From NCBI GenBank assembly GCA_038227875.1, contig JBBRPR010000021.1, positions 1 through 64,000 of the forward strand: a stretch of 64,000 nucleotides of DNA. Direction: 5' to 3'. The first letter of the stretch is position 1; every line of letters starts with the position of its first letter. Positions 28,580-38,861 of this stretch are shown piece after piece. Below the pieces are notes generated by a model. That model was not told where the DNA came from. It saw nothing but the letters and a program-made list of their open reading frames with translations, and searched no databases. The DNA is from Planctomycetota bacterium. GTDB taxonomy: Bacteria > Planctomycetota > SZUA-567 > H5-PLA8. The translations under genes were made by a program, and so were the position numbers.

Positions 28580-29251
28580 TTATTTCGGCTGCGTGCTCGG
28601 CGGTGGCGACGTGATCGAATTTCCCCCCACCAGCAGCGCCGCGCCGACGCCCGCCAGCAGCATCGCCACGGCCGCCAGCACCCAGATCAGCGTGTTGTTG
28701 CCGCGCCCTCTACGGGATTCGTTGTGCTGCTGCGCGCCTTCATCGTTGGCCGAGGCGCGCCCAGCGCTCTTGTCGCCGGACAAAGTCGGATTGCCACCCG
28801 ACGGCCGTCGCGCGGCTCCCGACGATCGTGCCGGCGTGATATTCGTGGTCGAAGCACGCGGCGGAATCGCATTCGCTCCGGATGACCGGGGCGGAATGAC
28901 ATTGGCACCCGATGCGCGCGGGGGAATTGCATTTCCGCCGGAAGCCCGCGACACACCGGGGCGCGTTGTAACACCCTTGGCCGGCGTGGCGGGCCGAATG
29001 TTGGTCTTGGAACTTCGCGGTGGTGGCGTCTGCGAACCGCGTCCCGGAGAACTCGGCCCGGGGCGCGCCGGCGTCTTGTTCCCCGGCGTACGCCTCTGCA
29101 GTCCGCGCGCGGGCGTGGAGCGCCCCAACGGGAGGTCATCGGCAACCTCAACCTTGGCGGCGCACGCGCGGCAGTAGACTTTGTCTTCAAGCGTGACGGT
29201 GTCGTCATCTTCGACGCGCTTGTTGCAGGTATAACAATAGTGGATCTGCAT
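28580..29251 (-). CDS. Hypothetical protein: N-terminal Zn finger, Pro/Arg/Ser/Gly linker with 10-aa repeats, C-terminal TM
   Basis: GGAG SD; CYTC..CRAC; GGNAIPPRAS-type repeats; LIWVLAAVAMLLAGVGAALLV. Confidence 0.7.
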   Translation of the reverse strand: MQIHYCYTCNKRVEDDDTVTLEDKVYCRACAAKVEVADDLPLGRSTPARGLQRRTPGNKTPARPGPSSPGRGSQTPPPRSSKTNIRPATPAKGVTTRPGVSRASGGNAIPPRASGANVIPPRSSGANAIPPRASTTNITPARSSGAARRPSGGNPTLSGDKSAGRASANDEGAQQHNESRRGRGNNTLIWVLAAVAMLLAGVGAALLVGGNSITSPPPSTQPK

Positions 29252-29500
29252 CGACCACTCCGACGACATGAAGACTGTTGTTATTAGCGGCTGTAATCTA
29301 TGAATATCTGATTTAAACACAAGCGGCTTACGCTGTGCCGCAAGCTTCTGAGAGGAAAGAACCCCGAAGCAAACACATCTGCGCTCAAGCTTGCGCGCGG
29401 AATCGCCGATGTACTCTATCTTTTGATTGGGAAAAAGGACGCGGAAAAAAAATCGTGCAATTTTTTTCAGCACATCGCGCAGCGGTACGCCCCCTAAAAC

Positions 29501-29623
29501 GTCAATTACGTTTCAGGATATGCATTAGGTAAATCTTACCCTAATATTCATAACTTCATCGAATTCCTACCTTTATCTGCCAATTTTTTTAGCGTTGACA
29601 ACTGTCAATTACGTTTTATACAT
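29501..29623. promoter_or_regulatory. Candidate operator/promoter in a divergent intergenic region
   Basis: Palindrome TTGACA-AC-TGTCAA (29595-29608); GTCAATTACGTTT at 29501 and 29604; -10 match weak. Confidence 0.45.
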
Positions 29624-29746
29624 CTTTCGTCCCATCGAAGAATTCGGTACCGAAATGGTCTTCTGAACGGCTTTCAGGTGTTCGAGCCCGTCACTCGGCG
29701 TCCTGTTCCCCGTTCCCCGGTCGCACCGGTTTAAGGATGCGTTGCT

Positions 29747-30814
29747 ATGAGCAAAATCAAAAAAGCCGTGCGCGCCAAAGTTTCCGCCAGCCGTTCCAAG
29801 CGCGCTGAGCCTGTATCCAAAGCAAAACCCGTCGCCAAAGTCGCGGCGAAAGCTGTCACCAAGCCCAAGGCGCAGGAGCCGCAGAAATACGTGCTCTCGT
29901 CGCTCGACAACACGCGCCGCCTGCGCGCGGTTTCACCGGTCACCGCACCGCTGGGTTACCGCCACGTTCCAGCTCCCGCGCTTGAAGCCGACGGTTCGCC
30001 GGCCATTGAAACACCGCAGATGCGCGAACGCGCACTGGCCAAGGCCACCCGCCGCCAGTTCGAAGATCAACTCTGGGACAGCTACCTCTCGACTCACGAC
30101 GAAGATTCCCGCAACAGCCTCTGGGTTCACTACCAGCCGCTGGTGCGCTACATTTCCGAACGCCTGAAGGCCAAGCTGCCCGAATGCATCGACGTCTGCG
30201 ACCTGATCGGCAGCGGCAACATCGGACTGCAGGACGCGATCGTGAAGTTCGATCCGTCGATGGGCGTGCGCTTCGAAACCTACTGCGTGCCCCGCATCCG
30301 CGGCGCGATTCTCGATTCCATCCGTGCGCTGGACTGGGTCCCCCGCCTGATCCGCAACAAGAGCCATCAGTTCACCCGCGTCGTCCGCGAACTGGCCGCT
30401 GAACTTCACCGCGAACCCCGCGAAGACGAAATCGCCGCGCGCTTGAACATGACCGCCGAAGAGTTCGCCGAACTGCAGCAGGAATTGAACGTGAAGGCCC
30501 AGATCTCCGTCGAAGGTTGCGCCAAGGATAACACCGACGAACGCGACCTGATGCGCCTGGAAATGCTGGAGAGCCGCCGCGAAGTCGAACCGACCCGCGA
30601 ACTCCAGCGCGAAGAAATCCGCCGCATCGCGTTGAAGGGCCTCAACACCAAGGAACGCGCCGTGGTCGAGCAGTATTACTTCCAAGGCCGCAGTATGAAG
30701 CAGATTGGCAGCGAGCTGAAGCTCAGCGAATCACGCATCTGCCAAATCCATTCGCAGGTGCTGGAAGTCATGCGCAAGAAGTTCCGCGCGTATCAGGACT
30801 CGTGCAGCATCTAA
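29747..30814 (+). CDS. FliA/WhiG-family RNA polymerase sigma factor with N-terminal extension
   Basis: RFETYCVPRIRGAILDSIRALDWVPR; MKQIG.EL.LSESRICQIH. Confidence 0.92.
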   Translation: MSKIKKAVRAKVSASRSKRAEPVSKAKPVAKVAAKAVTKPKAQEPQKYVLSSLDNTRRLRAVSPVTAPLGYRHVPAPALEADGSPAIETPQMRERALAKATRRQFEDQLWDSYLSTHDEDSRNSLWVHYQPLVRYISERLKAKLPECIDVCDLIGSGNIGLQDAIVKFDPSMGVRFETYCVPRIRGAILDSIRALDWVPRLIRNKSHQFTRVVRELAAELHREPREDEIAARLNMTAEEFAELQQELNVKAQISVEGCAKDNTDERDLMRLEMLESRREVEPTRELQREEIRRIALKGLNTKERAVVEQYYFQGRSMKQIGSELKLSESRICQIHSQVLEVMRKKFRAYQDSCSI

Positions 30815-30843
30815 GAATGTTCCTGACAGTTCGAGTACGATCC

Positions 30844-30869
30844 AGCGGCATTTCAATGCCGCTTTTTTT
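30844..30869 (+). terminator. Intrinsic terminator
   Basis: AGCGGCAT-ttca-ATGCCGCT followed by a T run. Confidence 0.85.
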
Positions 30870-31094
30870 ATTGGCATCCGGTGGACATATTTAGCGTTCG
30901 CTCAAGTGCAACCAACATTGCCACCCGCAAGCACAACCAACCGCCGTTCAACTTCGGCAACTTTTGCCTTAGTGGGCACTTTTTCTACCTTCTCTATCCG
31001 CCTGCAGAATTGACTTCGCGGCGTGCGCCATTAACCTTTTAACGTTTTCACTTCCAAGCAGTTATCCATAGCTCGAACAGTTCGGATTGAATGC

Positions 31095-32882
31095 ATGTCT
31101 GCAGGTGTTCAGCAAGCACGGCTCGGTGATTTCGAACTGCTTGCCAAAGTCGGCGAGGGCGGCATGGGCGCCGTTTACAAGGCGCGCCAGATCTCCCTCG
31201 ACCGCATCGTCGCACTGAAAGTCCTGCCGCGGCGCCTCGCTCAAGATCAAATTTACATCGGCCGCTTTCTGCGCGAAGCCCGAGCCATGGCGCGTTTGAA
31301 CCACACCAACATCATTGCCGGCTACGACGTCACGTTCAGCGACGGCTACTACTACTGCGTGATGGAATTCATCGACGGTTTCACCGTGCGGGATTGGATT
31401 AAAAAGCAGCGCCGCGTGCCCGAGACCGACGTGTTGCGCATCGGCGCGGCCATGGCATCGGCACTCGCCCATGCGCACGCGGCGGACATCATCCACCGCG
31501 ACGTGAAACCGGAAAATATCATCATCTCGACGGCGGGCGTGCCCAAGCTGGCCGACCTGGGGCTCTCGAAGTCCGGTGAAGTTCAGGACGCGCACCTGAC
31601 CCAGTCCGGCGCGGTGGTTGGCACCGCGTATTACATTGCTCCCGAGCAGGCGCGCGGCGAACCCACCGATGGCCGCGCCGATATGTATGCGCTGGGCTGC
31701 ACGCTTTATCACGCTGCGACGGGCAAGACGCCCTTCGAAGCGCCGACGCCGGCCGTATTGATGCTCAAGCACATCAGCGAGAAGATGCCGCATCCGCAGA
31801 CTCACCAATCCGATCTCAGCGATGGATTCTGCGAAGTCATCGCGCACATGGTCGCGCGCAATCCTAATGACCGCTACCCCGACATTGCCGAAGCCGGACG
31901 CGAGATGGCCGCGCTGCTGGAAGGCCGCCCGCTGAGTCACGAACCGATTTCCGCCGGAGTGCTGAATTTTCTTCCCGGCCCGAAGTCGGTGATCGCGCCG
32001 CGCCCCAGCCAGATCACGTCGGCTATCCGGTCGTCCGTGCGCAGGTCTGCGACAGTGGCCGCGGCACCCGTGGGACCCGTGCGGTCGACCAAACAATCCA
32101 TCGCCAAGGCACGGCCGCAGCAGAATTGGGTTCCCATCGCCGGCGCTGCCACGGTTGGGATGCTGGTGCTGGCACTGATCGTTTTCGGCATGAAGGGCTC
32201 GACACCACCAGCGGAGAAGCCTGCCGATAACGCCAGAACGGAAGGGAACACGCCCGCCGCTTCGCTCACGTCATTGCCCGCGAAAGACCTTCCGCCCGTT
32301 CCAACACAAGCGCCGCGGGCCAATCCCGGTCCGTTCCGCTCGCTGGTGAACGGCACGACGCTCGACAACTGGCGCAGCAGGCCCCCGGATTTGTGGATGA
32401 ATCGCAATGGAGCGCTGGCCGGCGTGGGGCTCGAAAATGGGTCGACCCAGATGGCACGCAGCGATGCGCTGCCCGCCAACTTTGAATTTTCGTTCACGCT
32501 GGTGTCGAGCGGCTCGTTTCATCTGGGCTGGTCGACGGGTCAGTCGGACCTCAGTAACTTCTACGAACGCGAAGGCAACGGCAACACGCGGGTGACCCGA
32601 TTTAATGGAGTCGGAGAAGCGACGACGTTATCCCGCGGGACATTCCCCGTTAGCGACGGCAAACACAACTTTGTGTTCGCTGTCTACGATTCGAAAATTC
32701 AAGTATTCGTGGACGGACGGCTGCAATGCTCCACCTCGGAAGGCAGCATCACCAAGCCTCCCGCGCGCCACAATCTCTATCTCTACGCTCACGCCAACGC
32801 GACCGTCGAATTCCAGAACATCGGCTACCGGGAGCTCTTCACCCAGGCCGATTTCGATGCCACGCCGACCGACAAACGGTGA
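31095..32882 (+). CDS. Ser/Thr protein kinase with TM and C-terminal beta-sandwich (DUF1080/ConA-like) domain
   Basis: GEGGMG, VALK, HRDVKPEN, DLG, YIAPE intact; C-terminal LVNGTTLDNW...VEFQNI. Confidence 0.92.
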   Translation: MSAGVQQARLGDFELLAKVGEGGMGAVYKARQISLDRIVALKVLPRRLAQDQIYIGRFLREARAMARLNHTNIIAGYDVTFSDGYYYCVMEFIDGFTVRDWIKKQRRVPETDVLRIGAAMASALAHAHAADIIHRDVKPENIIISTAGVPKLADLGLSKSGEVQDAHLTQSGAVVGTAYYIAPEQARGEPTDGRADMYALGCTLYHAATGKTPFEAPTPAVLMLKHISEKMPHPQTHQSDLSDGFCEVIAHMVARNPNDRYPDIAEAGREMAALLEGRPLSHEPISAGVLNFLPGPKSVIAPRPSQITSAIRSSVRRSATVAAAPVGPVRSTKQSIAKARPQQNWVPIAGAATVGMLVLALIVFGMKGSTPPAEKPADNARTEGNTPAASLTSLPAKDLPPVPTQAPRANPGPFRSLVNGTTLDNWRSRPPDLWMNRNGALAGVGLENGSTQMARSDALPANFEFSFTLVSSGSFHLGWSTGQSDLSNFYEREGNGNTRVTRFNGVGEATTLSRGTFPVSDGKHNFVFAVYDSKIQVFVDGRLQCSTSEGSITKPPARHNLYLYAHANATVEFQNIGYRELFTQADFDATPTDKR

Positions 32883-32929
32883 CGGGAATGTCGAATTAGT
32901 GCCGTTCTTCTGTTCTTTTCGACGTTCCG

Positions 32930-34129
32930 TCACTTTCGCAGCTCTTCTGTTTTGCCCGTCTCGCTATCCTTCAGCACCGCCACGTCGATGGGAATTCCCG
33001 AAGTCCGCACCTTCTTGGCCTCGGTCTTGGGCTGATTGTCGTCGCCCAACAATGGTACGCCATCGGGATCGGTGACCTGTTCGTGGCGCGTCGCGTCACG
33101 GGCGACAGAATCGCGGCGGATTTCCTCGAGCACCTTGCCGGTATCGAACGCGTAGGCTTTGGCGTCGGCCTTGGGCGTGGGCTTGTAAAAGAACTTTCCC
33201 GCCAGGCGCGCGCCGGGGCGCACCTCCACGGTGGTTTCGCGCCAGTCTTGAATGTCGTTGATCCAAATCCGCACTTGGAAGCGGCCGGTATAGTTTTGCG
33301 CGAGAGAATCAGCGCCTGCCAGAGGTACGGTGCCGATAGTTCCACTGAACTTGATCTCGAAATTCGAGAGCGCCGTCGCCGGAACGATCTGGCTCAGTTG
33401 CCCGGCGAACAGGAGATGCGTTGCGTCGTCCGCGACGGCGAGTGCGTCTTTCGGCGCGGTGTAACGAATCTCGCGGAGCACATGGCCAGCGTCGTCCTTC
33501 TCGGAACGATTTGCATGCACCGCGCCGACCAGCTTCACTGCGTACACATACGCGTGCTTCGGTTCGACATACGTGTCAGCAAAGCGCACCCAGTTTTCCA
33601 CCGGCTTGGCCGTGGTCAGGTCGACATTCGCAAACGGCAGCCGCGTATCCAGTGTGTGCGGATCAGTGCCTTCGGCGCGGTAGATGTCCGCACGCTGCAG
33701 GGCCATGTTCACAGCCGTCGGCAACTGAAATTCAACCTGGATACTCCCCCGCTCCGCGCGCGTGCGCAGCTCCTTCAATGGCGGAAGTTCCGTCGACTTC
33801 TCGACGATCTCCGGCCCTTTGATGATGCTCGCCGGATCGATCCCCGGCTTGCTCGGCCGGAGATAAACCTGGCGGGCAGGGAGCACGGGGATCACGGGTG
33901 CGGGGCGTACTAATGGTTGCGGCAGGCGCGCAAGGGCCGCGTCGCCATATCGGTAATCGGCGGAGACCCGCTTGGCGTTGAGCGTGTCTTGAAGCTTCTG
34001 CCGGTCGGCTTCGAGCTGCGCGAACGACTCCGGCTCTCGCTCGTCGACATGCAGCGTCACAAATGTGCCGCAAGCGAGAACCAGAATCCCAAAACAGACT
34101 TTGTGCCAGTGCTTCCGCAGAAAGCTCAT
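32930..34129 (-). CDS. Hypothetical membrane-anchored protein, possible FN3-like domain
   Basis: GGAGG SD; N-terminal TM; ADIYRA...FADTYVEPKHAYVYAVK. Confidence 0.7.
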   Translation of the reverse strand: MSFLRKHWHKVCFGILVLACGTFVTLHVDEREPESFAQLEADRQKLQDTLNAKRVSADYRYGDAALARLPQPLVRPAPVIPVLPARQVYLRPSKPGIDPASIIKGPEIVEKSTELPPLKELRTRAERGSIQVEFQLPTAVNMALQRADIYRAEGTDPHTLDTRLPFANVDLTTAKPVENWVRFADTYVEPKHAYVYAVKLVGAVHANRSEKDDAGHVLREIRYTAPKDALAVADDATHLLFAGQLSQIVPATALSNFEIKFSGTIGTVPLAGADSLAQNYTGRFQVRIWINDIQDWRETTVEVRPGARLAGKFFYKPTPKADAKAYAFDTGKVLEEIRRDSVARDATRHEQVTDPDGVPLLGDDNQPKTEAKKVRTSGIPIDVAVLKDSETGKTEELRK

Positions 34130-34240
34130 CGCGCCTCCTTGATTCTCAGTGGAGTTTCGGTTCGTGCCGACGGGCATTCACGTTCCGAAAGTATGTCGAT
34201 GGCCATCGCGATCTGTTGCGAAAAATCTCGAATCAATCCA

Positions 34241-35521
34241 TTATTTAAGCAGCAAAAATTCCGTCGCCATGCTGCCAAACTGCGATTTCTCACCGGCAGC
34301 TTTTTGCACCTGCTCCAGATAGGGAACCGCCACGGGGCTTAATTGGCACGTGGGCGAGAACATCGTTTTCAATTGCACTTTAAACGTCCCGAACAAACCG
34401 CCGACCGGCTGAAGTTGCTTCATCGCCGCCGATTTGCTCAAGCTGGCCTGCAGCTCCTTGGCTTCCGGCAGCCCGGCCAATTCTGCCGTGTACTTTGGTC
34501 CGTAATAGTTGCAGAGAATCGCGTCGTTGTCGGCCAAGTCCTGCGTCACTTTTAAGATCTCGGCGACGCGGTCGGTAATCTTCTTCTTCAACGCTTCGGC
34601 ACGTTTCCGCAGCGCCTCCGATGTCGTCTTGTTCGCGAGGATCCGTTCCAATGCGCTGATCGCGGGCCCCAGCGTCTGCGCATTGGCCTGCTTCACGATC
34701 GATCCCAGATCCTTGTCCGCGTCGTAATCGGGCTCGTACAAGAATGGCGCAAACGCCAGCTCCGAGCGCCGAAATCCTTTCACCGATTCAGCGACTTCCT
34801 GTTCGTCGATGCGATGATCCTTTCCCTTCATCACCTTTAAGCACACGTCCGGTACGCCCGTCTTCGCGGCCGCTGTTTCAAGCTGAATCATGTGATCGGT
34901 TGCATCGGCGCCCAAGGTCGGCTTGGCCAGCGTCCACTCCGCCGAGCCCACTGAGAAAAACCAACTCATCGGCGGCGCCGCGCCCGGCGCGGGAACACGG
35001 TAGTTGGAAGAATACTGAGCTGAGTGACAGAACGGCCAATCCGGACCGCGCGTCTTGGCATAAGTCTGAAAGAGAAGCCCGTGCGTCAGCCCGCCGCCGG
35101 AAAACGAACAGACAATCCCCCGCCCCGCGACGATTTTGTAATCGGCGAACGTCTGCGCGATAGCTTCGTGAGCTGCGGCGACTTTTCCCGGCGTATCCTT
35201 GCCATTGTCGCCGTCCTGGTACTGCATGTTGACTTGGATCAGGTTGAACGTGTCCTCGTACTTGCTCCAGACTTCGATCAAACTTTCCGCGGTACCCGGG
35301 CATCCCTGCCCGTGAAAAAACACATGCAAGCCTGCTGGGTTGTCGTCGGAATAACTGGCCGGAACATTCACCCAGTAATCGTAGCCTGGATGGCTGGTGT
35401 GGCATTGATACTTGCCCGTCTTACCTTTATTAGCCGATGGCTTCGGTGCGGCAGGTGCCGCCTCGCCCGCTCGCAACGAGCAGGAAATAAGCACCAATAG
35501 AATCGCAATGTTTTTCAGCAT
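34241..35521 (-). CDS. Secreted alpha/beta-hydrolase-like protein
   Basis: Signal peptide; YWVNVPASY, VFFHGQG, elbow SFSGGG, GKDH. Confidence 0.65.
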   Translation of the reverse strand: MLKNIAILLVLISCSLRAGEAAPAAPKPSANKGKTGKYQCHTSHPGYDYWVNVPASYSDDNPAGLHVFFHGQGCPGTAESLIEVWSKYEDTFNLIQVNMQYQDGDNGKDTPGKVAAAHEAIAQTFADYKIVAGRGIVCSFSGGGLTHGLLFQTYAKTRGPDWPFCHSAQYSSNYRVPAPGAAPPMSWFFSVGSAEWTLAKPTLGADATDHMIQLETAAAKTGVPDVCLKVMKGKDHRIDEQEVAESVKGFRRSELAFAPFLYEPDYDADKDLGSIVKQANAQTLGPAISALERILANKTTSEALRKRAEALKKKITDRVAEILKVTQDLADNDAILCNYYGPKYTAELAGLPEAKELQASLSKSAAMKQLQPVGGLFGTFKVQLKTMFSPTCQLSPVAVPYLEQVQKAAGEKSQFGSMATEFLLLK

Positions 35522-35627
35522 GGGATCTCCGTCGTCATATGTATATGTGGACGACCGTTATAATGGGAATCAGGTGAAAAAAGTCACCGAAAATAGACCG
35601 GACACAATTGCCGCGGTGATGTACTCC

Positions 35628-36233
35628 TTACATCGCACCCAGAATCTGCTTCAGCGGATCGCTAATGGGATACGGCCGTTCGATCGGCAGAAGCGCTTTC
35701 GCCTCGCTCAATTTTCTAGCTTAGACCAAGGCGTCAAGATGCCGAGCTTGTGCGGTAACATCCGAAATACCAACGGTCCAATCCGCGACGTACCTTAGAA
35801 CCGCTTCGCCACCAATTCCAATCTGAATCGAGCGATACGGCATCTCACCGAGCACCAGCGAACGTTCCGGGTCCCACTGAACGCGCACTGGCGCCACGTT
35901 TTTCCGCTGCTCGAATTCTTCCGCAGTGGCGTACACAGTCGGGTCGAAGTGGCTCAAGCTGGAATGCGCTAACGCCCATTCAAATCCATCGCGCATGATC
36001 TCGATGGCCAGTACGCGTTCCTGGCCCGCCTTCGTCGCCCATCCGCAACGGTACATCATCCACAGAAACGAGGGCTTGATCCACGTCATCCTCTCCAATT
36101 TAAATGGGGCCACGAAGCGCCCTGCTCGCAATGCCGGTTCTGCGATCTCCGGCGCATATGCTTGATATACAGTGATCGTTGACTCCGTGTACGCGGCACG
36201 AATTTGGCGATACGGAATGACGGCGTTCTCCAT
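35628..36233 (-). pseudogene. DUF4291-family gene with in-frame TAA at 35721-35723
   Basis: RQIRA, TVYQAY, RMTWIKPSFLWMMYRCGW, VRVQWDPER; frame continues past the TAA as ARKLSEAKALLPIERPYP...GAM*. Confidence 0.75.
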
Positions 36234-36518
36234 AAAAACTCCCTCACCTTTTATCTTAGTGTTAATTGTACACTATATTTCTTGAAAAGCAATTATCAAG
36301 AACCCTTTGATTTTCGGACGACGAGCCATCCGATTTTCGGACGAACAAAACTATGCACACCCTTTTAATATGAAACGACCTAGTGCAGCGTGTTTATCAC
36401 TCTCGCAAAGAACTATGAATTGCTCCCGAGCTCCCGATGGCGCAGAAACTTCCGAGGTTGCGCAATGTGGTATTGCGTTGGCTAGACAAGATTTTGGCTC
36501 TCGTCGGGGATCTCTCGC

Positions 36519-36980
36519 ATGACACACACCGTTGCTTCCGCCGCCGATAAACTGATCATTGTGTGTGACGATTGCGACGACATTCTGGCCATGTTCTATA
36601 GCCTTCTCCGCCGCGTCGGTTACCGGGTGGAAACCGTCCACGGCTACCGCGAACTTCAAGAGCTGCTCAAAACCGTGAAGCCGGACCTGTTCATCCTCGA
36701 TGTCCTGATGCCTGAATTCGACGGTTTCTGGATTGCCGAAGAATTGCTCTGCCAGGGCTACACCACGCCGATGATGTTCATCACCGCGTACGACAGCCCC
36801 GCCCTGCGGCTGAACGCACCAGTGATCGGCGCGGTCGAATACCTGCTCAAGCCCATCGACCCGGATATCCTACTGCCCAAAGTCGCCAAGGCCTTTCAGC
36901 TTAAGCCAACGGAGACCAACTGGAACCTGAAGGTGACCGGCCCCAAGCGCTTCGAGGACGACCCGCCGTTGTCGTCGTGA
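36519..36980 (+). CDS. Single-domain response regulator
   Basis: VCDD, LDVLMPEFDG, ITAY, YLLKP. Confidence 0.9.
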   Translation: MTHTVASAADKLIIVCDDCDDILAMFYSLLRRVGYRVETVHGYRELQELLKTVKPDLFILDVLMPEFDGFWIAEELLCQGYTTPMMFITAYDSPALRLNAPVIGAVEYLLKPIDPDILLPKVAKAFQLKPTETNWNLKVTGPKRFEDDPPLSS

Positions 36981-37037
36981 ACCCCTGCCGCCGAACAGAA
37001 GTGAAAGCCATCGCGATTCCGGTTATAACGCGCACCC

Positions 37038-38837
37038 ATGCCCGATCCCGCTCGAAGCCCCACGCTTCGCCCGCTCAATGCTGTGTGGCCGCGCTACGCA
37101 GCCATTTTCGCCATCGCGCTGGCGCTACTTCACAACCTCCAACGAAGCTGGCTGAAATGGGGCGATCTGCTCGTCGATTCGTTCCGCGACCTCGACATCG
37201 CCCGCCAGGTCAGCGAAGGCCGGCAGCTCTACTCCGATCTGCGTTACTGCTACGGACCTCTGGCGATTTGGATCAATGCGACCGCGTTCAAATTATTCGG
37301 CGCGAACACACACGTGGCGATGACCTGCGGATTTCTCTGCACCGTGTTGACCTGCGTGGTCCTGTACCGCTTCGCACGCTGCTTTATGCCGAGGCTCGGA
37401 GCGACTGCCATTACGCTGTCGTTTCTCTACATCTGCGCGTTCGGGCACCTGACACCAAATAGCGCCTTCAATTACATGCTGCCCTACACGCCCGTCGCGA
37501 CGTACGGCATGCTCACCGCGCTGACCAGTCTGTACTTCCTGACGCGCTACGTTCAGAAGAACAAGCGGCGCGATCTCTTCTGCTCCGCGGCGGCACTGTT
37601 ACTTACCGCGCTGACCAAAATTGAACTGCTGACCGCGCTCACCGCCGCGCATGTGCTCGCGCAACTCATGCAACTTCGATCCGGGCGCGTAATCTGGCGC
37701 GAACTGGCCATCGCGTATCTTCCCGCGGCAGTCATTGCTGTTTGCGTTTACACCGCGCTCTTTCTCCGCGTGGGTCCGGCGCTCTTCTCCGACAACCTGC
37801 TCGCGCTGATGGCCCCCACGTTCAAAAAGTTTTCGCTCGACACGCTGGGTCTCGCCGACTGGCGCGCCTCGCTCTGGAGCATGCTGTTCTGCGCGCGCGC
37901 CATGCTGGTCGTGCTTGCCGCCGCGCTGGCAGCCGTCCTATTGGAACGCAAACTGACCCGCGCGCGGCCGACAGACACGCCAACCCGCTTCGGATTTTTT
38001 CTGGGCCTCGCCTGCATGATGCTCTCCGGCGTGATCTTCGCGCGCTTGCCGGTCGAACACGCGTTTCGCGTATTGCCACTGCTGGCCGTCGCCCGTCTGG
38101 CCATGCTGTTGTGGAATGGCGTGCGCAATCCGTGGCGCAGCGATGAGGTGGCCGAAGCGGCGTTGTGGCTTTGTTGCTTCGTCTGCCTGGGCCGGACTCT
38201 GTTCCGCACCGTCGCGTTTCACTATGGTTTTTACCTGCTCCTCCCCGGCCTGATTGCGCTGGGAATATTCTGGTTCGTGTATCTGCCGCACAAGGCGCCG
38301 GCACAAAACTGGGTGACGCGGCTCTGCGGCGCCGGCGTCTTTGCCGGATTGATCTTCTCGCATGTCCAGATTTCCGACCTCGCCTACGCGTTGAGCACCC
38401 AGCCAATCCGCACGCCTGCTACGGAACTCTACGCCATCCACAGTTTCAACGGCGTTCCCACCGGCGTCTGCTGGGCGGAGACCATCCGCCTGCTCGCCAA
38501 ACTACCGCCGCAAAGCCGCGTGCTCGCCATTCCGCAGGGAATGGGCCTGCTCTTCAGCGCCGGTCTCGAGAACACCTACGGCAGCGGCGAATTCACCGAA
38601 CCGGAAGTCACCGGCAACTACGACGACGCGCATCTGCTCGCGCGACTGAAGGCCCAGCCGCCCGACCTGATCGTCCGCACCGCCAGTCCGCGCGAAGTCT
38701 TCGGCATCTTCGGCGACGATTATGCGCAGAACACCTGGACGTGGATCACCGACAACTACGAAGCGCTGCCGTACTCGGTCGGCCCCGACAACTACATACT
38801 GATATTCAAAAAGAAGAATTCCCCCGATCCGTTTTAA
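37038..38837 (+). CDS. Polytopic GT-C/ArnT-like membrane protein
   Basis: KWGDLLVDSFRD, LYSDL.YCYGPL, many TMs, periplasmic tail. Confidence 0.6.
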   Translation: MPDPARSPTLRPLNAVWPRYAAIFAIALALLHNLQRSWLKWGDLLVDSFRDLDIARQVSEGRQLYSDLRYCYGPLAIWINATAFKLFGANTHVAMTCGFLCTVLTCVVLYRFARCFMPRLGATAITLSFLYICAFGHLTPNSAFNYMLPYTPVATYGMLTALTSLYFLTRYVQKNKRRDLFCSAAALLLTALTKIELLTALTAAHVLAQLMQLRSGRVIWRELAIAYLPAAVIAVCVYTALFLRVGPALFSDNLLALMAPTFKKFSLDTLGLADWRASLWSMLFCARAMLVVLAAALAAVLLERKLTRARPTDTPTRFGFFLGLACMMLSGVIFARLPVEHAFRVLPLLAVARLAMLLWNGVRNPWRSDEVAEAALWLCCFVCLGRTLFRTVAFHYGFYLLLPGLIALGIFWFVYLPHKAPAQNWVTRLCGAGVFAGLIFSHVQISDLAYALSTQPIRTPATELYAIHSFNGVPTGVCWAETIRLLAKLPPQSRVLAIPQGMGLLFSAGLENTYGSGEFTEPEVTGNYDDAHLLARLKAQPPDLIVRTASPREVFGIFGDDYAQNTWTWITDNYEALPYSVGPDNYILIFKKKNSPDPF

Positions 38838-38861
38838 TTGCACCCACTGGAGAGCCACTCA

